Shown: piece by piece, positions 25,062 through 38,426 of the stretch
Position numbering within the stretch: position 1 is the first letter of the stretch
How the letters are laid out: the number at the start of each line of letters is the position of its first letter
Source: Raja brachyura
Taxonomy: Eukaryota
NCBI GenBank assembly: GCA_963514005.1
Contig: OY740784.1
Span: 73,904,001 to 73,968,000, forward strand
Length of the DNA: 64,000 nt
Direction: 5' to 3'
The notes under the pieces: generated by a model
Told to the model about the DNA's origin: nothing
The model's database searches: none
What the model saw: only the letters and a program-made list of their open reading frames with translations
Program-made: the position numbers and the translations under genes

Positions 25062-28000
25062 CAGGTGTGGAAAATAGTGCATCAGTTGACTCCTGTTTGC
25101 TTTGCTCAACTACAGGCCCGTGAGTGAATACAATGATTGAGAGCTGCATGGTTTCACAATTATTCAGGAGGACAGATGTCTTCCTGAAATAATCCTCACA
25201 TCTCTCTTGGGATGGAATTGAAGGGGTCTCGTATTTCAAGCACTCTTTATTGCTTTCCTGCCACCAATTTACATTTTTTTCTTTCTCCTTTCTGCCCCCT
25301 TCCCACGGCATTCTGACTGCCTTATATAAGCATGATATTTTAATTCTGCATCCAAGAACACATGCATTAATTTTCTTGGAAAGAAATATGCTGAACATTT
25401 CAGTTCATTTTTGAAGCAAAAACTCCTCCAAATGTGGAAATCTGAAACTAATGCAGAAAGCACCAAAGAACATTCAGCAGGTCAGACAGCAACTTGCAGA
25501 GGAAAACAGAGTGGATGTTTCAGGTCAGGGAAATCTTTCATCCACCAATACTGCCAGACGTATGTTTTTTTTTCTGGCATTTTCTGTTTTTCCTCAATTT
25601 TGTTGTTTTTCTTTGAAATTGTATGATGAATCCCTTGATCCACTGGGATTATCTAAGGTGAGCAGCAAATCAGCTGCTGGCTGCCACTAAAGTTAATTAA
25701 TTCCTAATACTTCAACTGGGATGAGTAGAATATGCGTGTGTCAATAGTTCCTAATACAGAAGTTCCTAATACAGAACAGATGTTTTCCATGTGACTGTTT
25801 GCACCTGGTGATAGACTGTTGCGATGAATGTATGCAAATATCTTCAAAGAATTGAAAGTCCCTGACACCAGACTGCTAGGTTGTGTTCTAGTCGAAATGT
25901 ACAAACTGTCTTTATTTCCTGTTGTGGTCCACAGCCCACACGTCTTATTGCTTTAGATTCACAACTAGAAAATGCCTTCAGGGATGAACTTAATGATTAA
26001 TGCAATAACTGGTATTTAATGTACTCTGAGTGTGAAACCTCATTGGAGATTATAGTCAGGTTTTGGACTTGTATCTGCTGAATTTAGAAGTGAGAGATGA
26101 GATGTAATTGAAGCACAAATTCTTGAGGGGAACATGATTTCCTCTTGAGATAGACAATAGGTGCAGGAGAGGGCCTTTCAGCCCTTCGAGCCAGCACCAC
26201 CATTCACTGTGATCATGGCTGATCATCCACAATCAGTACCCCGTTCCTGCCTTCTCCACATATCCCTTGACTAGAATCCCATATCAATTAATCTAGAACA
26301 ATGTTTGTTTAAGAAGGAACTGCAGATGCTGGAAAATCGAAGTTAGACAAAAATGCTGGAGAAACTCAGTGGGTGAGGCAGCACCTATGGAGCGAAGGAA
26401 ATATGTGATGTTTCAGGTCAAGACCCTTCTTCAGACTGACCAAGGGATCTCTTTAAAACCTAGGGGTCTCCCATTTATACAGGCGAGGCAATAATTTGTG
26501 AAATCTTAAGAACTTAAGAAATAGGACCAGGCCAATCCATGCCTTGAATTTGCTCTGATATTCAGTAAGGTCATGGCTAATCCAGTTTCAGCCTTAGTGC
26601 TATTTCCTGCTCTTTCTCCATGGACCTTGAATATATTTAATAACTCCACCTCACAGCTCTCTGCGGCAGAGAATTCCAAAAGTTCTTGACTCTGAGAGAA
26701 GAAATTCCACCACATGTTATGTCTTTCAAACATATTTTCTCAAAGGACATTAGAAGATTCTTTGAATGTTTGTAAAGAAAAAGTGCAGAAATAGGCCATT
26801 TGGTCCGTCAAGCCTGATCTCTTCATTATGATTATGGGTGATCATATTCCATATTCCTGCACTTCCCATACCCCTCCATACATTTTTTTTATGCATGTAA
26901 ATCTACCTGTTTCTTGAAATATACTTAGTAACTAGGCCTCCATATAATCTATGGTGGCATATTCCAGAAGTTAATCACCCTCGAGTGAATACGTTTTTCC
27001 TTGTTTCAGTCCTATATTCTTGTCAAATAAACCAGAGAGTGTGACTCGTGTTTGATATCCCACCAGGGGAATCATCCTCCATGCATCATCAGAATTTGGT
27101 ATGTTTCCATTATATTCCCTCATTCTCATTGATGAATACAAACCTCAGCCACTTGACCTGTCATCAAAAGCCAGTTCTGCCATCCCAGAATGTAATAAAT
27201 AGGAATTGCAGATGGTAGTTTATACCAAAAAGTAAAAGACACAAAATGCAGTATCCCTCTTGGGATCCTAAAAATGTGTCCCTCGTAGGATCACACTGTC
27301 CCTAGAAGTTCGCAACAATGTATACCTCTTGGGATCGCACAGTCCTGAGCCAACCATCGGCCTATCGGGGAACCTCCCTTCCTGAGACCATTTGGTGCCT
27401 GCCCTGATTTGGCTTGGTCTTTTGCCTCCAGTCCTTCTCTCTCTCACCCCCTTCAACAATAGGTTTCAAATAGCTAAAATATTACTATCCATTTTCTCCA
27501 GAGATGCTGCCTGACCAGCTGAGTTACTTCAACTGGTGTCTATCTCTACCATCCGAGGAATTAGTCCTGTGAACCTCAAGCTTTGTCTGTCCTTTGTGTG
27601 ATTGGTGGAGCAGTCTTGTTTCAGGACCCACTCCCTCAGTTCTTTTTCCAATACATCAACAGGGGCTCTGGATGGAAGTTAAAGGGAACGTGCAGGGATA
27701 TGTGTCATGATTGTATGGGAAATTCATGGCAAGGGCGTTTTACAGTTGAAGTGTCTGCCTGTTGAATATTTTTGGATTTCTTTTGGTGTTTGCTGCCTGC
27801 CTTAGCTTCTACTCTTCCAGTGCAAGTGTTGCAATCTAGTGTGGTTATTGTCCAGTATATATGCTTTCCTTTGACCCTGGTTTGCTGGTTCTATAAGCTG
27901 AATTGTCCAATAACTCCTCCATTGTATTAGACATAATATTGCAATTCAGAATTGTAACCCTCTGGTGCTGAAGGAAACTATTATACTTTGCATTTGTATG

Positions 28001-28125
28001 CATCAGGGGTGATATAAATTCAACCCCCTAGTGCATTGATTACATTGTTGCTCTTTGGTGTTTTGATCCAAGTAGAAGTTGTGCTAAAGTAATTTATTCT
28101 ATTCCCTTTCTACATTCTCCCTCAG

Positions 28126-29000
28126 CACTGGACACATGAATGAAGTTCAGATTGAAAGAAACAATGGAAATCTCTGACATTGTAGAATTTGAAGATTCGC
28201 CTGGCAATTGAATTATTCTTGGGCAAGATTTGTTGTAGAAAGAAGTCTGTGATTCACTGTGCTCAAGAACCCTTCAGCTGTTGGGAATTCATTACTGTAC
28301 TGCCGTCTGCCATCTCTGAAATGGCTTCTTTATCCTGCCTTTACTAAACCAGTGGTATCAATAGTGCAATCCATTCTGCACAAGATTATCTCACAATATA
28401 TTGTTTTGTTTGGAATCAATAATTTCAGTGTTAATCTACTTAAAATACCATTCAAAGATTACTGGTGTGATCAAATTACCTGCCCGCTGAGATAGGGCCT
28501 CTTCACTAAGCATTGTGTTGCACTATGATTCTTGATTATGTTTGTTTGGTCTTTCATTATTTTAAATGAAATTGGCCAAACACAGAAAACCATGTTAATT
28601 ATAATGTGTTCTGAACTATTTTCAGATTTTGCCTTATTTGTAAAGGTATGTATGAAAAGGAGCATTGCATGAGTGCTGCTGCATGTGTGTGTCAGCCCAT
28701 GTCCCCAGAGCGTTAATGAATGTCATAACTTCAGGCATCGTGAGGAGATTATTACTTTTTAATCATGTGTCAATAGCACCAAATTCTCTACAGAAGCTTA
28801 TAACAAGACTTAACTGACTGAGCACTCAGTGACCCTGTTCCTCCTGTGTTTAAGAGTGCAAAAATCCCCTCCTTGGTTTAGAGAATGTCTTGCTTTTTAA
28901 TAGTTGAAGCTGTAGAAGTTTAAAAAAAACTTAGTAGCATTTTAATTATTTGCAGTTATAAGTATTAAATAGCTCTCTAATTTAAAAAAAAAACATCTGG
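28126..29000 (+). other. STARD3NL: Probable STARD3NL 3'UTR exon (end uncertain)
   Basis: Strong pyrimidine tract and CAG ending at 28125. Candidate donor CAG|GTGTGG just after the stop codon (25064/25065). Repeat-free AT-rich sequence follows. Confidence 0.4.
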
Positions 29001-30459
29001 GCACCTGCAGCAGTTGCTCGCTCCTCACTCAGGATCCTGGACCTGTAGAAAATATTTTTAATTGCATATGTTGTAGTGATGTTGTACCAAAGTTGGCTGA
29101 CCTCTACACCAAGCAAGGCAGCAGCCTTTTCAACCTCCCTTGCCCAAAGAGAGCATGCTATCTCCAAGGAAGCCGGCTTGCCTTTGACCTGTAGATAAAT
29201 GGCTTAACCTAGATCTTCTCCTACAATCCTATACAATCTTTATCCAGCAATTAAGTCTTCGAATTCCTAACCACCACTCACTAAGAGTGCTGCCTATTGC
29301 CGGCGATGAGAGTAAAGCTTGTTTTTTACTTCACATCAGATTTTAGCTATTTGAGACTCTGAAATAATTGAAAAAGTTTGATTAGAAATAAGACCTCGTA
29401 AAATTGATGCACATTCTCTTCCCAGGACCGCTAGAGACAATGAAAGTGAACTAGTAACATTGCAATTTACTAGATAATTGTGTTTGTGTTAATTTGTTGC
29501 ATAGCTTATCATGGGGCAAGTCTATTATTGGAGAACAGCGGGCAGATAATATAATGCATTTAAAGACTATTTGCATGAAATTAATGGTCTGTCCAAAATT
29601 GAGAAAATAATGTAATGCATTTAAAATTTGAAGTGAATTTATTCATAATTTCACTTTATTAACGTAGTTTAATGTTTTCAGTAAAGCTCTAGTGTAATTA
29701 TGTGAATCACTAATTTAATGTGAATGGATTCAGCGAGATATTAGTGTGTTGCAGCTCATGCTTCGTGCATTTACACTAAATTGCTTTGAGGCTATTCCAA
29801 TAGCTTTGAATTGGCATCATATTTCATATTTTGACATCCATTTTTAATTACAATTGAGAATTGTTTTCAATTTAATTCAGATGATTGGAACATTAATTGT
29901 TTTATCTCAAATTACTTCAAGAGCAGGCTCTTTGTTCAACATGATTGAGTAATTGTTTAATTATTAACTGACGTGCTCTTTCTGTCTGCAGCATCAGACT
30001 GTTTTGGATTCTAATTATATTTTTAAGGTAAAGTTCCAATTCTGTTAATATTCTGAATGTATCCCTTCCTTTGCATAACTAACAGTAAGTCATGGCCCAG
30101 TGATTATTCTTTTAGTCTCTTTACCTATTAATTCAATCTTTCTATCCTGTCAGCTGCCTTTCAAATAGGCATTGTACTGTGGGAACAAGATTGAGTATTG
30201 ATAAAATAGAAGCAGAATGGCCTTGCTTCGTATTGATGCTAGGACAAATACAATTCTACACAAATACAATTGCTGTCTCCTATTTCAAACTCACAGTTTG
30301 ACCACTTAAGATTAGTTGATAAATAATTGTTGGAATTAAAAACGATGAACAAATGCAGAATCTGTTCTCAGCTGCTGTATGTAATACCTGCATCTAAAGT
30401 TATGGCTTGTTTTATTCATGAAGTAAATGGATTATCTTTATTTATTTACATGTAGTACA

Positions 30460-30655
30460 GATCTGCGTGGGTTTTCTCCGAAATCTTTGGTTTCCTCCCA
30501 CACTCCAAAGACGTACAGGTTTGTAGGTTAATTGGCTTGGTAAATGTAAAAATTGTCCCTCGTGGATGCAGGATAGTGTTAATGTGAGGGAATTGCTGGC
30601 CGGCGTGGGCCGAAGGGCCTGTTGTCGGCACTGTATCTCTAAACTAAACTAAACT
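30460..30655 (+). mobile_element. SINE 3' part with (AAACT)n tail
   Basis: Core gcgtgggttttctcc...ttcctcccacactccaaagacgtacaggtttgtagg, also seen at 63530-63600. Confidence 0.7.
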
Positions 30656-31522
30656 GGGTAAATGGGCTGAAGAATGACAAATAGAATTTTATTCAGATAA
30701 TTGCAAGATGTTGCATTTTGGGAGTCAAACCAGGATAGGACTTTCACAGTGAACAATAGGGTCTGGAAATTGTTGTCAAACAGAGGGATCTAGAACAACA
30801 GTACACAATTCCCTGAAAGTGACATTACAAAAGAGCTTTTGGCATGCTGGCCTTCATCAGTAAGGACATTGAGTACAGAAGTTAGGAGTATATGTTGCAG
30901 TTGTACAAGACATTACCAAGACCTCACTTGGAGTATTGTGTCTAGTTTTAGTCACCCAGTTGTGGGGAACATACCATTTTGTTGAAGAATGCAGGAAAGA
31001 TTTCCAAACATGTTGTTAGGGCTCAGTGGATGCACACAGATTGGGGAATTGAGAATTATGGGCCTGTCCCACTTAGGCGTCGTTTTAGGCAACTGCAGGA
31101 GACTATGCGCTCGCCACATGGTCGCCTCATGTTCGCGGGTGGTTGCCGGGGAATCACCTTCATGGTCGTGAGGAGTTCCCGCATTCTGGGAACATGTTGA
31201 AAAATTAGCGGCGACTAGAATAAAGCCGCCATTGAGAGTAGCGAGAATTCTCGTGCCGTAGGTGGGTCGCCAGGAGGTGCAAGTGGGTTGCCAGGAGTCT
31301 AAGGTTCTCATAGGTTCTTGTAGGTTGTAGCCGGTGCTGACCAGTGAATTTAATTGGCTCATTGGGGGGAAAGAAACGTAAGCAGTAGTTTTCGGAACCA
31401 AGGATACCCAACCGGTAAGCTTCACAGCCGTGTATCTCTGGCTTGGACTTGAGCTGAGGCAAATTGTGAGCTAACCGTCAGGGAAATGTGCTGATGGAAA
31501 TTCTAACTAACTGTTGTAGATT

Positions 31523-32012
31523 ATAGAATCATAGAAAATAGGTGCAGGAGTAGGCCATTCGGCCCTTAGAGCCTGCACCACCATTCAATATGATCATCCA
31601 ACTCGGTATCCTGTACCTGCCTTCTCTCCATACCCCCTGATCCCTTTAGCCACAAGGGCCACATCTAGCTCCCTCTTAAATGTAGCCAATGAACTGGCCT
31701 CAACTACCTTCTGTGGCAGAGAATTCCACAGACTCACCACTCTCTGTGTGAAAAAAGATCTTCTCGTCTCGGTCCTAACAGACTTCCCCCTTATCCTTAA
31801 ACTGTGACCCCCTTGTTCTGGAGTTCCCCAACATCGGGAACAATCTTCCTGCATCTAGCCTGTCCAACCCCTTAAGAATTTTGTCAGCCTCTATAATATC
31901 CCCCCTCAATCTCCTAAATTCCAGCGAGTACAAGCCACGTCTATCCAGTCTTTCTTCATACGGAAGTCCTGCCATCCCAGGAATCAGTCTGGTGAGCCTT
32001 CTCTGTACTCCC
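31523..32012 (-). mobile_element. CR1 LINE 3' fragment
   Basis: VQRRLTRLIPGMAGLPYEERL motif and CR1 tail. Confidence 0.9.
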
Positions 32013-32796
32013 TGTCCAGCACAGGTGATCACATTGTCCAAATAAGCATAGAGTGATTTAAGATTCTCCTCGTTTGTATCTGCCAAGGATATTGCGTGGC
32101 CTTTTTGTGCCCCTAATTTATTTTGAGCTACTCTCCTGCACCATTGTTATTTCTCAAATGACTCACTTGATTGCAACTACACAAACCTGTTATATGTTTC
32201 CTCCCCTCCCCCCCCCCCCCCCCCCCGCCGTCAAATATTTAATGGCCATGTTGCCCAATGCATTAAAGGGTTCTAAAGAGAATACGAGGAGCAGCATTGA
32301 AGAGTGAGTGTTAAGGTGGTGAGGATACAGCAGTGGCGCCCTTGCACATTAGAGGGATAAGCAACCATCCAACGAACACAATCAACACCTTACATCTTGT
32401 CGCATTCATGCATGGTTGCTGTTGGTCGCTGTACGTGTGTATTGGGACAGGGATAGGTCATGCTCAAAGATAAGAGTAATAATCTGTAGTTGGTCTACAT
32501 TTTAACTGTATAGTTGAATAGCCACGGTGTCTTCTGAACTCCATTGATATGCAGCACTCATAGAAATTGCTATAACAAATAAATAAAATGGAATTATTAC
32601 AATCAATACAGGCAGCGAGTGAATAGGTAGAATGCAACCCATTTCAAAACCCATTATAAAATATGATACAATTTAAAAAATAATAAAACCTCACTAAACA
32701 AATGTTTCCACGTTATTTCACGATAACCTAAGGGCCAAGACCACCGGTGAGATGTAATATTTCCTATAATGTAGATAATTTAACTAGGGGATGGAA

Positions 32797-32832
32797 CCAA
32801 AGATTATAGAGGAGCTCCTCTACAATCTTTGG
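32797..32832. mobile_element. 36-bp palindromic mini-element with 6-bp TSD
   Basis: CCAAAGATTATAGAGGAG|CTCCTCTACAATCTTTGG (one mismatch), with ATGGAA on both sides. Confidence 0.7.
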
Positions 32833-34079
32833 ATGGAACTAGTTGGCCCGTGAGCTGCATGCTACACACAATTAATCACAGCAAAAAGATGCACTCGCTC
32901 TTTTAAAAAAAAGTGATTTATAAGGTGCACCTTTAATCTGGTATGAATCTAAAGTCAAAATGGCAATTTAATGAAAATTCTCCGAGATATTGAAATGCCA
33001 TTTGGCGACTTGCCTATGGGATTAAAACGTGCGGAAAGGGCATGCTTGTCCAAAGTGACAGCGAGGCGCAAGAGCACGAGAAACAAGGGAGACTTCAGGC
33101 CTGGGGTTTATAACGAAAGTGGTTCACTTTGTTTAGTGGGTACTGTTTGAGGATATTTTCTTTATCCTGCTGTGTACTCCAGCACAATGCCCTTTTATCT
33201 GTTAACCAGCACCTGCAATTCTTTATTTCTCCATGTCAGTGCTCTCTGCCGCTTTACCTTACTCCACAACAAAGTAGCCACAAACCCAGTTCCAAACTGC
33301 CGTCAGCTTCCAAGAAAGGGTAATTTTACTTTGGGATTGCTTTACATTCGTTTGATTTCAGCTGCAGCCTGGGCCTCAAATCATCTTAAAGCCGTAACAA
33401 CTAGCAATACGCTATGAAATCACTGATTCCACACAAATCTCACCCCACGCCTCTCAAATACCTACTAGTGTGGATCAACAAAATCCAAACATGGACCCTT
33501 AGAATTTGCTCATTCATGTGGAACTAGAAGGATAAACTGCTTTCTCAAACGTACCTTACGCTTTAGTTCATCAACCCAATACATATTCTGCAAATAAACT
33601 AACAGAAATATTTGACCAAAATGTTACAAATGTTACTGTGCACTTGAAAATTACTTGATATCGGTACCCCAAAAAAATGGTCCTGGACCATAATCATTAA
33701 CCTGTTTCCTTTCTGTTGAGCGCTAATGTTTTCAGCAGTTCTTCAAAATCCCCAGCATTTGAGGATGGGGGAAGCAAATTGCTTTTTTAGCTCCTTTGCT
33801 GTTGTTATGTGCTCGTTTTGTTTTAAATGTGCCATTATAGGCAAGGCTATTTTTTTTGTTATTTCTGTAAATACAGATTGTAAGCTGCATAAATATTCCA
33901 CGTCGGCCATAGTGGGATTTGAGCTCAATTCTCGAGATTAGCAGAGGGATAATTTAATCACAGTCTCATCACTGAAAATGCCCCTCCCCACGCTTCTGCC
34001 ACACCGTTTTTGGTTTAATTTGTGAAAGTTACACTTTATTTATATTTGATCCCGTAATCTTAGGACATCCCAATGTGTT

Positions 34080-34660
34080 ATGTAATATATATAAATTAGA
34101 AATACATAATAAAAAGCATTTTGTTCGTTGTCATACATTATCAATATTATTTATATTAACAATTGTATGGTAATTGTACTTTTATATATTTTTTCAATTT
34201 TTATAAAGATAGAAATTAATAGAGAGAAAACAAAAAAAAGGAAACCAAGTTGAAGAATGGAGTGTTCAATAGATGCATCGTTGGAGATATATCCGCGTCT
34301 TATAACATGTAATTCTTCATCTATTCATTGATTCAGGTTTCAGTCGGGTTCTCCTGCCGAAGCAGTTTGCCCCTTCAAATATTCAATAAATGGGGACCAT
34401 ATTATTGTAAATAGTTCTTATTTGTCAATTAAGACAAATCTTAATCTTTCCAAATATAGGGTCTCCAACATTTCCGTAGTCCACATTTTAATTGTGGGGG
34501 TTATAGGGCCTTTCCAAAATTGTAATATTAATTTTTCCCAATTATTAAACTATAATCGATAAAGGTTCTTTGATTCGTTGTAAATAATTGATTTTGTTCT
34601 ATTATTCCTAATATTATTAATTTTGAATCGGGGACCAATTTGGTATTGACGACTTATCTT
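34080..34660 (-). mobile_element. L1/Tx1-like LINE 3' remnant
   Basis: AT-rich. The minus strand encodes a WSPFIEYL-type C-terminal motif. Confidence 0.5.
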
Positions 34661-36953
34661 AAAATAGAATTATCTTTAAAAAATGTAATATACCAGAAGA
34701 ATTAAATGTTTATTGAAGTCACACTTGAAGCGCCCATTTTGCGAGTTCTCACAAACAATATAATGTACATTAAATATTCTGTTTCGGAATGTTGACGGGG
34801 ATAAATACTGAAATATTAGCTTCGACACGCGAAATAGCTTTTCCCTCTACTCAAAGGTTGTAGTAGTATGAAATATATTTAAGTTCACATGTGGACCAAA
34901 GGGGCTCGGAAAGACGACGTCGCTTGTAGCACATGAGCACCATACCAGATTGTCAGCCTGGATAAAGGGACTCGAGTCTCTGGAATGGTGTTGGAACAAA
35001 ACTTACTAAAGCCTAAAGATAAAAGTGCATATTGACTTGGCACTAATGTCCCCATGTTTTTGATCCATTATGGAAGGATCATTTTCAATGCAGTTACCCG
35101 AGCAAATCGTGTTAATTTTGTGAACGCCTTAAATCAGATCATACCCCATTCGTTTGTATTTGATAGAAAAGAAAATAAAGCCCACAGGGAAACATTTTAT
35201 TCCAATATTGTCACGTTATTAATTTGTCTTCGTTTTTTTTAAACTATCATCACTTATTTGCTACTTTTAACATGTTTTAAGGGAGGGTGAGGCATGGAGG
35301 AAGTAAGAGAAGAATAAACAAATGTGCTAGGTATTCGTGGCAGAAAGATGTAAATTCTCAAGTAACTGAACAGAACAAAGATGGACGAGACTCTATAGGT
35401 TCAAACACGACCTATCTGATAACTAGGGTAAGAGCTGAAGATTAAACTTTACGATTAAATGAACATTATTTCCTGTTTTGGCAACTTCGCGGACGGTTAA
35501 TCAGATTTGCTAATGCAGAGGAAGTGGCATGCTGTGAACAGTTAAAATAACCGTTTGCCGTTCTGTAAAATATGTCAAACCTCTCCATTTGTTCCACACG
35601 GCACTACTAAACACATACACAGATATTGTCACAGCATGCAGTACTTTCCTATGCTTATCTAGTTCCCTTTTCACGATTGACTACGTTCCCATTTGATTTA
35701 AACTAGTGAATTCCACATCACATCAACTCATTGTTTAAAATTAAATAATATGATTTTAACTTGCCCCGACTATTTTCCCCAGAATGTAGGAACGTAGAAA
35801 TAGGAATGAATTGGTAATTTGACCTTTGAACCCGCTCCAAAATACATTAGGACCATGGCTGATGCACTGCTGTATCTGCATTTTCGCATCCCATCTCTAT
35901 TTCTTCCAATTCCATTACTGTCTAAAAAACCATGAACCCCAGTTACATACATAGACAATAGGTGCAGTAGCACCGCAGTTCAATGTGATCATGGCTGATC
36001 ATTCACAATCGATACCCCGTTCCTGCCTTCTCCCCATACCACTTGATTCCCCCAGCCATAAGACCTCTGTCTAACTCTCTTTTGAATGCATCCAATGATC
36101 GTCCTCCACTGCCTTCTGAGGCAGAGATTTCCACAAATTCACGACTCGTGTAAAAAGTTTTTCCACATCTCAGTTATAAATGGCCTACCCCTTATTCTTA
36201 AATTCGATAATAGAAGATAACTGAGCATGCACAGCAGTCTTACATAATGTCAGAGTAGGTGTAACTGTTTATATGGAGAAATGTCTCATCGTGTGAACCC
36301 TAAATGCTCACCCCTTTTCTGAGATTCTGCACCCAGATGCAAACTCTCCACTCCGAGGAAACAGCCTTGTAATGTTCACTCTGCTAACCACCCTCTCCCT
36401 CAAAACCTTCCTCCATGAGATTACCCCCCCCCCCCCATATTCCCAACTCTAGTGTGTATTGGTCTTAATCTCGGCCCGTGGGACATTCTTTCCTATCCAA
36501 ATATCAATGTAGAAAATCTGCACCACATTGACTTGGAAGGAAATGAATTCCTCCTTCGCTGTGAGCATCAAAACGATTTAAAATAATGGCTCACTAAACC
36601 CAAACTTTCTAGCTTCTCTTTTTTCAACCTTTGAACAGTTGTACTACATTTTCCATTCGAAAAGAGCTGCCCAGTATTTCCGGACTAAGCACGTGATTTA
36701 AGGCTTATTTCCCTCGTGTTGCCCTTGTGATTCCCATCTGTAACGTTTCTCAAGCCTTGACATCCTTCCTAGAGTACGGTGCCGAGACAGGAAACAATAT
36801 TCCACTTGAGGCAAACCAATATTTTCTGTATGTATAAACGTTTGGTTAACAGGATTAAGCTCAACAAGTAACTGAACATAGCTCAACAAGTAGCCATTCT
36901 TTACAACTAGTCCTTATCAATGCTCCACATGAGCCTGCTCTCATCTAAATCTC

Positions 36954-38426
36954 GGGGGTTACACAAAAAGCTGGAGAAACTCAGCGGGTGCAGCAGCATC
37001 TAAGGAGCGAAGGAGATAGGCGACGTTTCGGGTCGAGACCCTTCTTCAGACTGGTCAGGGATCAGGGAAACGAGAGATATAAACAGTGATGTGGAGAGAT
37101 AAGGAACAATGAGTGAAAGATATGCAAAAAAGTATTGGTGACAAAGGAAGCAGGCCATTGTAAGCTGTTTGTGGTGTGAAAATGAGAAGCTAGTGCGACT
37201 GGGGAGGGGGGGGGGGGGGAGATGGAGAAGGAATGTCAGGGCCAGAGGGCTGAGGGAGAGGTGGGGGGGAGGCAGTCTGGGTTAACAGAATTGAGAAAAT
37301 TCAATGTTTAAGCCCAGAGGATGCAGACTCCCCAAGCGGAATATGAGGTGCTGTTCCTCCAACTTGCGGTGTTGATCACTCTGGCCGTGGAGGAGGCCCA
37401 GGACCGAGAGGTCGGATACGCAGTGGGAGGGGGAGTTGAAGTGCTGAGCCACCGGGAGGTCGGGTTGGTTATTGCGGACCGAGCGGAGGTGTTCGGCGAA
37501 ACGATCGCCCAGCCTCCGCTTGGTCTCACCGATGTAGATCAGCTGGCATCTGGAGCAACGGATGCAGTAGATGAGGTTGGAGGAGGTGCAGGTGAACCTC
37601 TGTCGGACTTGGAATGACTGCTTGGGTCCCTGAAAGGAGTGGATGGGGGAGGTGAAGGGACAAGTGTAGCATCTCTTGCGGTTGCAAGGGAAAGTGCCCG
37701 GGGAGGGAGTGGAGCGGGAGGGAAGGGAAGAATTGACGAGGGAGTTGCGGAGGGAGCGGTCTTTGCGGAAGGCAGACAGGGGGGGAGATGGGAAGATGTG
37801 GCGAGTGGAGGGGTCACGTTGGAGGTGACGAAACTGGCGGAGGACTATCTGTTGTATGCGCTGGCTGGTGGGGTGAAAGGTGAGGACCAGGGGGACTCTG
37901 CCCTTGTTGTGAGTGGGGGAATGGGGAGAGAGGGCAGTGTCGCGGGGTATGGAGGAGACCCTGGTGCGAGCCTCATCTATAGTGGGGGAGGGGAAACCCC
38001 GTTCTCTGAAGAACGAGGACATTTGCGATGACCTGGTGTGGTACACGTCATCCTGGGAGCAGATGCGGCGTAGACGGAGGAATTGGGAATAGGGGATGGA
38101 GTCCTTACAGGAAGCAGGGTGGGAGGAAGAGTAGTCCAGGTAGCTGTGGGAGTCAGTTGGTTTGTAGTGGATGTCAGTCAGGAGTGTATCACCTGCAATA
38201 GAGATGGTGAGGTCAAGGAATGGTAGGGAAATGTCGGAAATGGTCCAAGTATATTTGAGTGCCGGATGGAAGTTGGTGGTGAAATGGATGAAGTCAGTCA
38301 GTTCTGCGTGGGTGCAGGAGGTGCGCCTATCTCCTTCGCTCCTTAGATGCTGCTGCACCCGCTGAGTTTCTCCAGCTTTTTGTGTAACCCTCGATTCTCC
38401 AGCATCTGCAGTTCCTTCTTTAACAA
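36954..38426 (-). mobile_element. Young 5'-truncated Penelope-like retroelement with inverted pseudo-LTR
   Basis: Open frame 37282-38322 covering the RT C-terminus and a GIY-YIG nuclease (NLIYCIRCSRCQLIYIGETKRRLGDRFAEH). Inverted repeat between ~36956-37022 and ~38324-38390. 14-bp TSD CTCATCTAAATCTC at 36940-36953 and 38427-38440. Confidence 0.93.
37022..37051 (-). ncRNA. Minimal hammerhead ribozyme motif in Penelope pLTR
   Basis: Minus strand reads GU-CUGAAGA-A-GGGUC-UC-GACCC-GAAA-CG-UC: both catalytic boxes, helix II, a minimal helix III and a GUC cleavage triplet. Confidence 0.7.
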
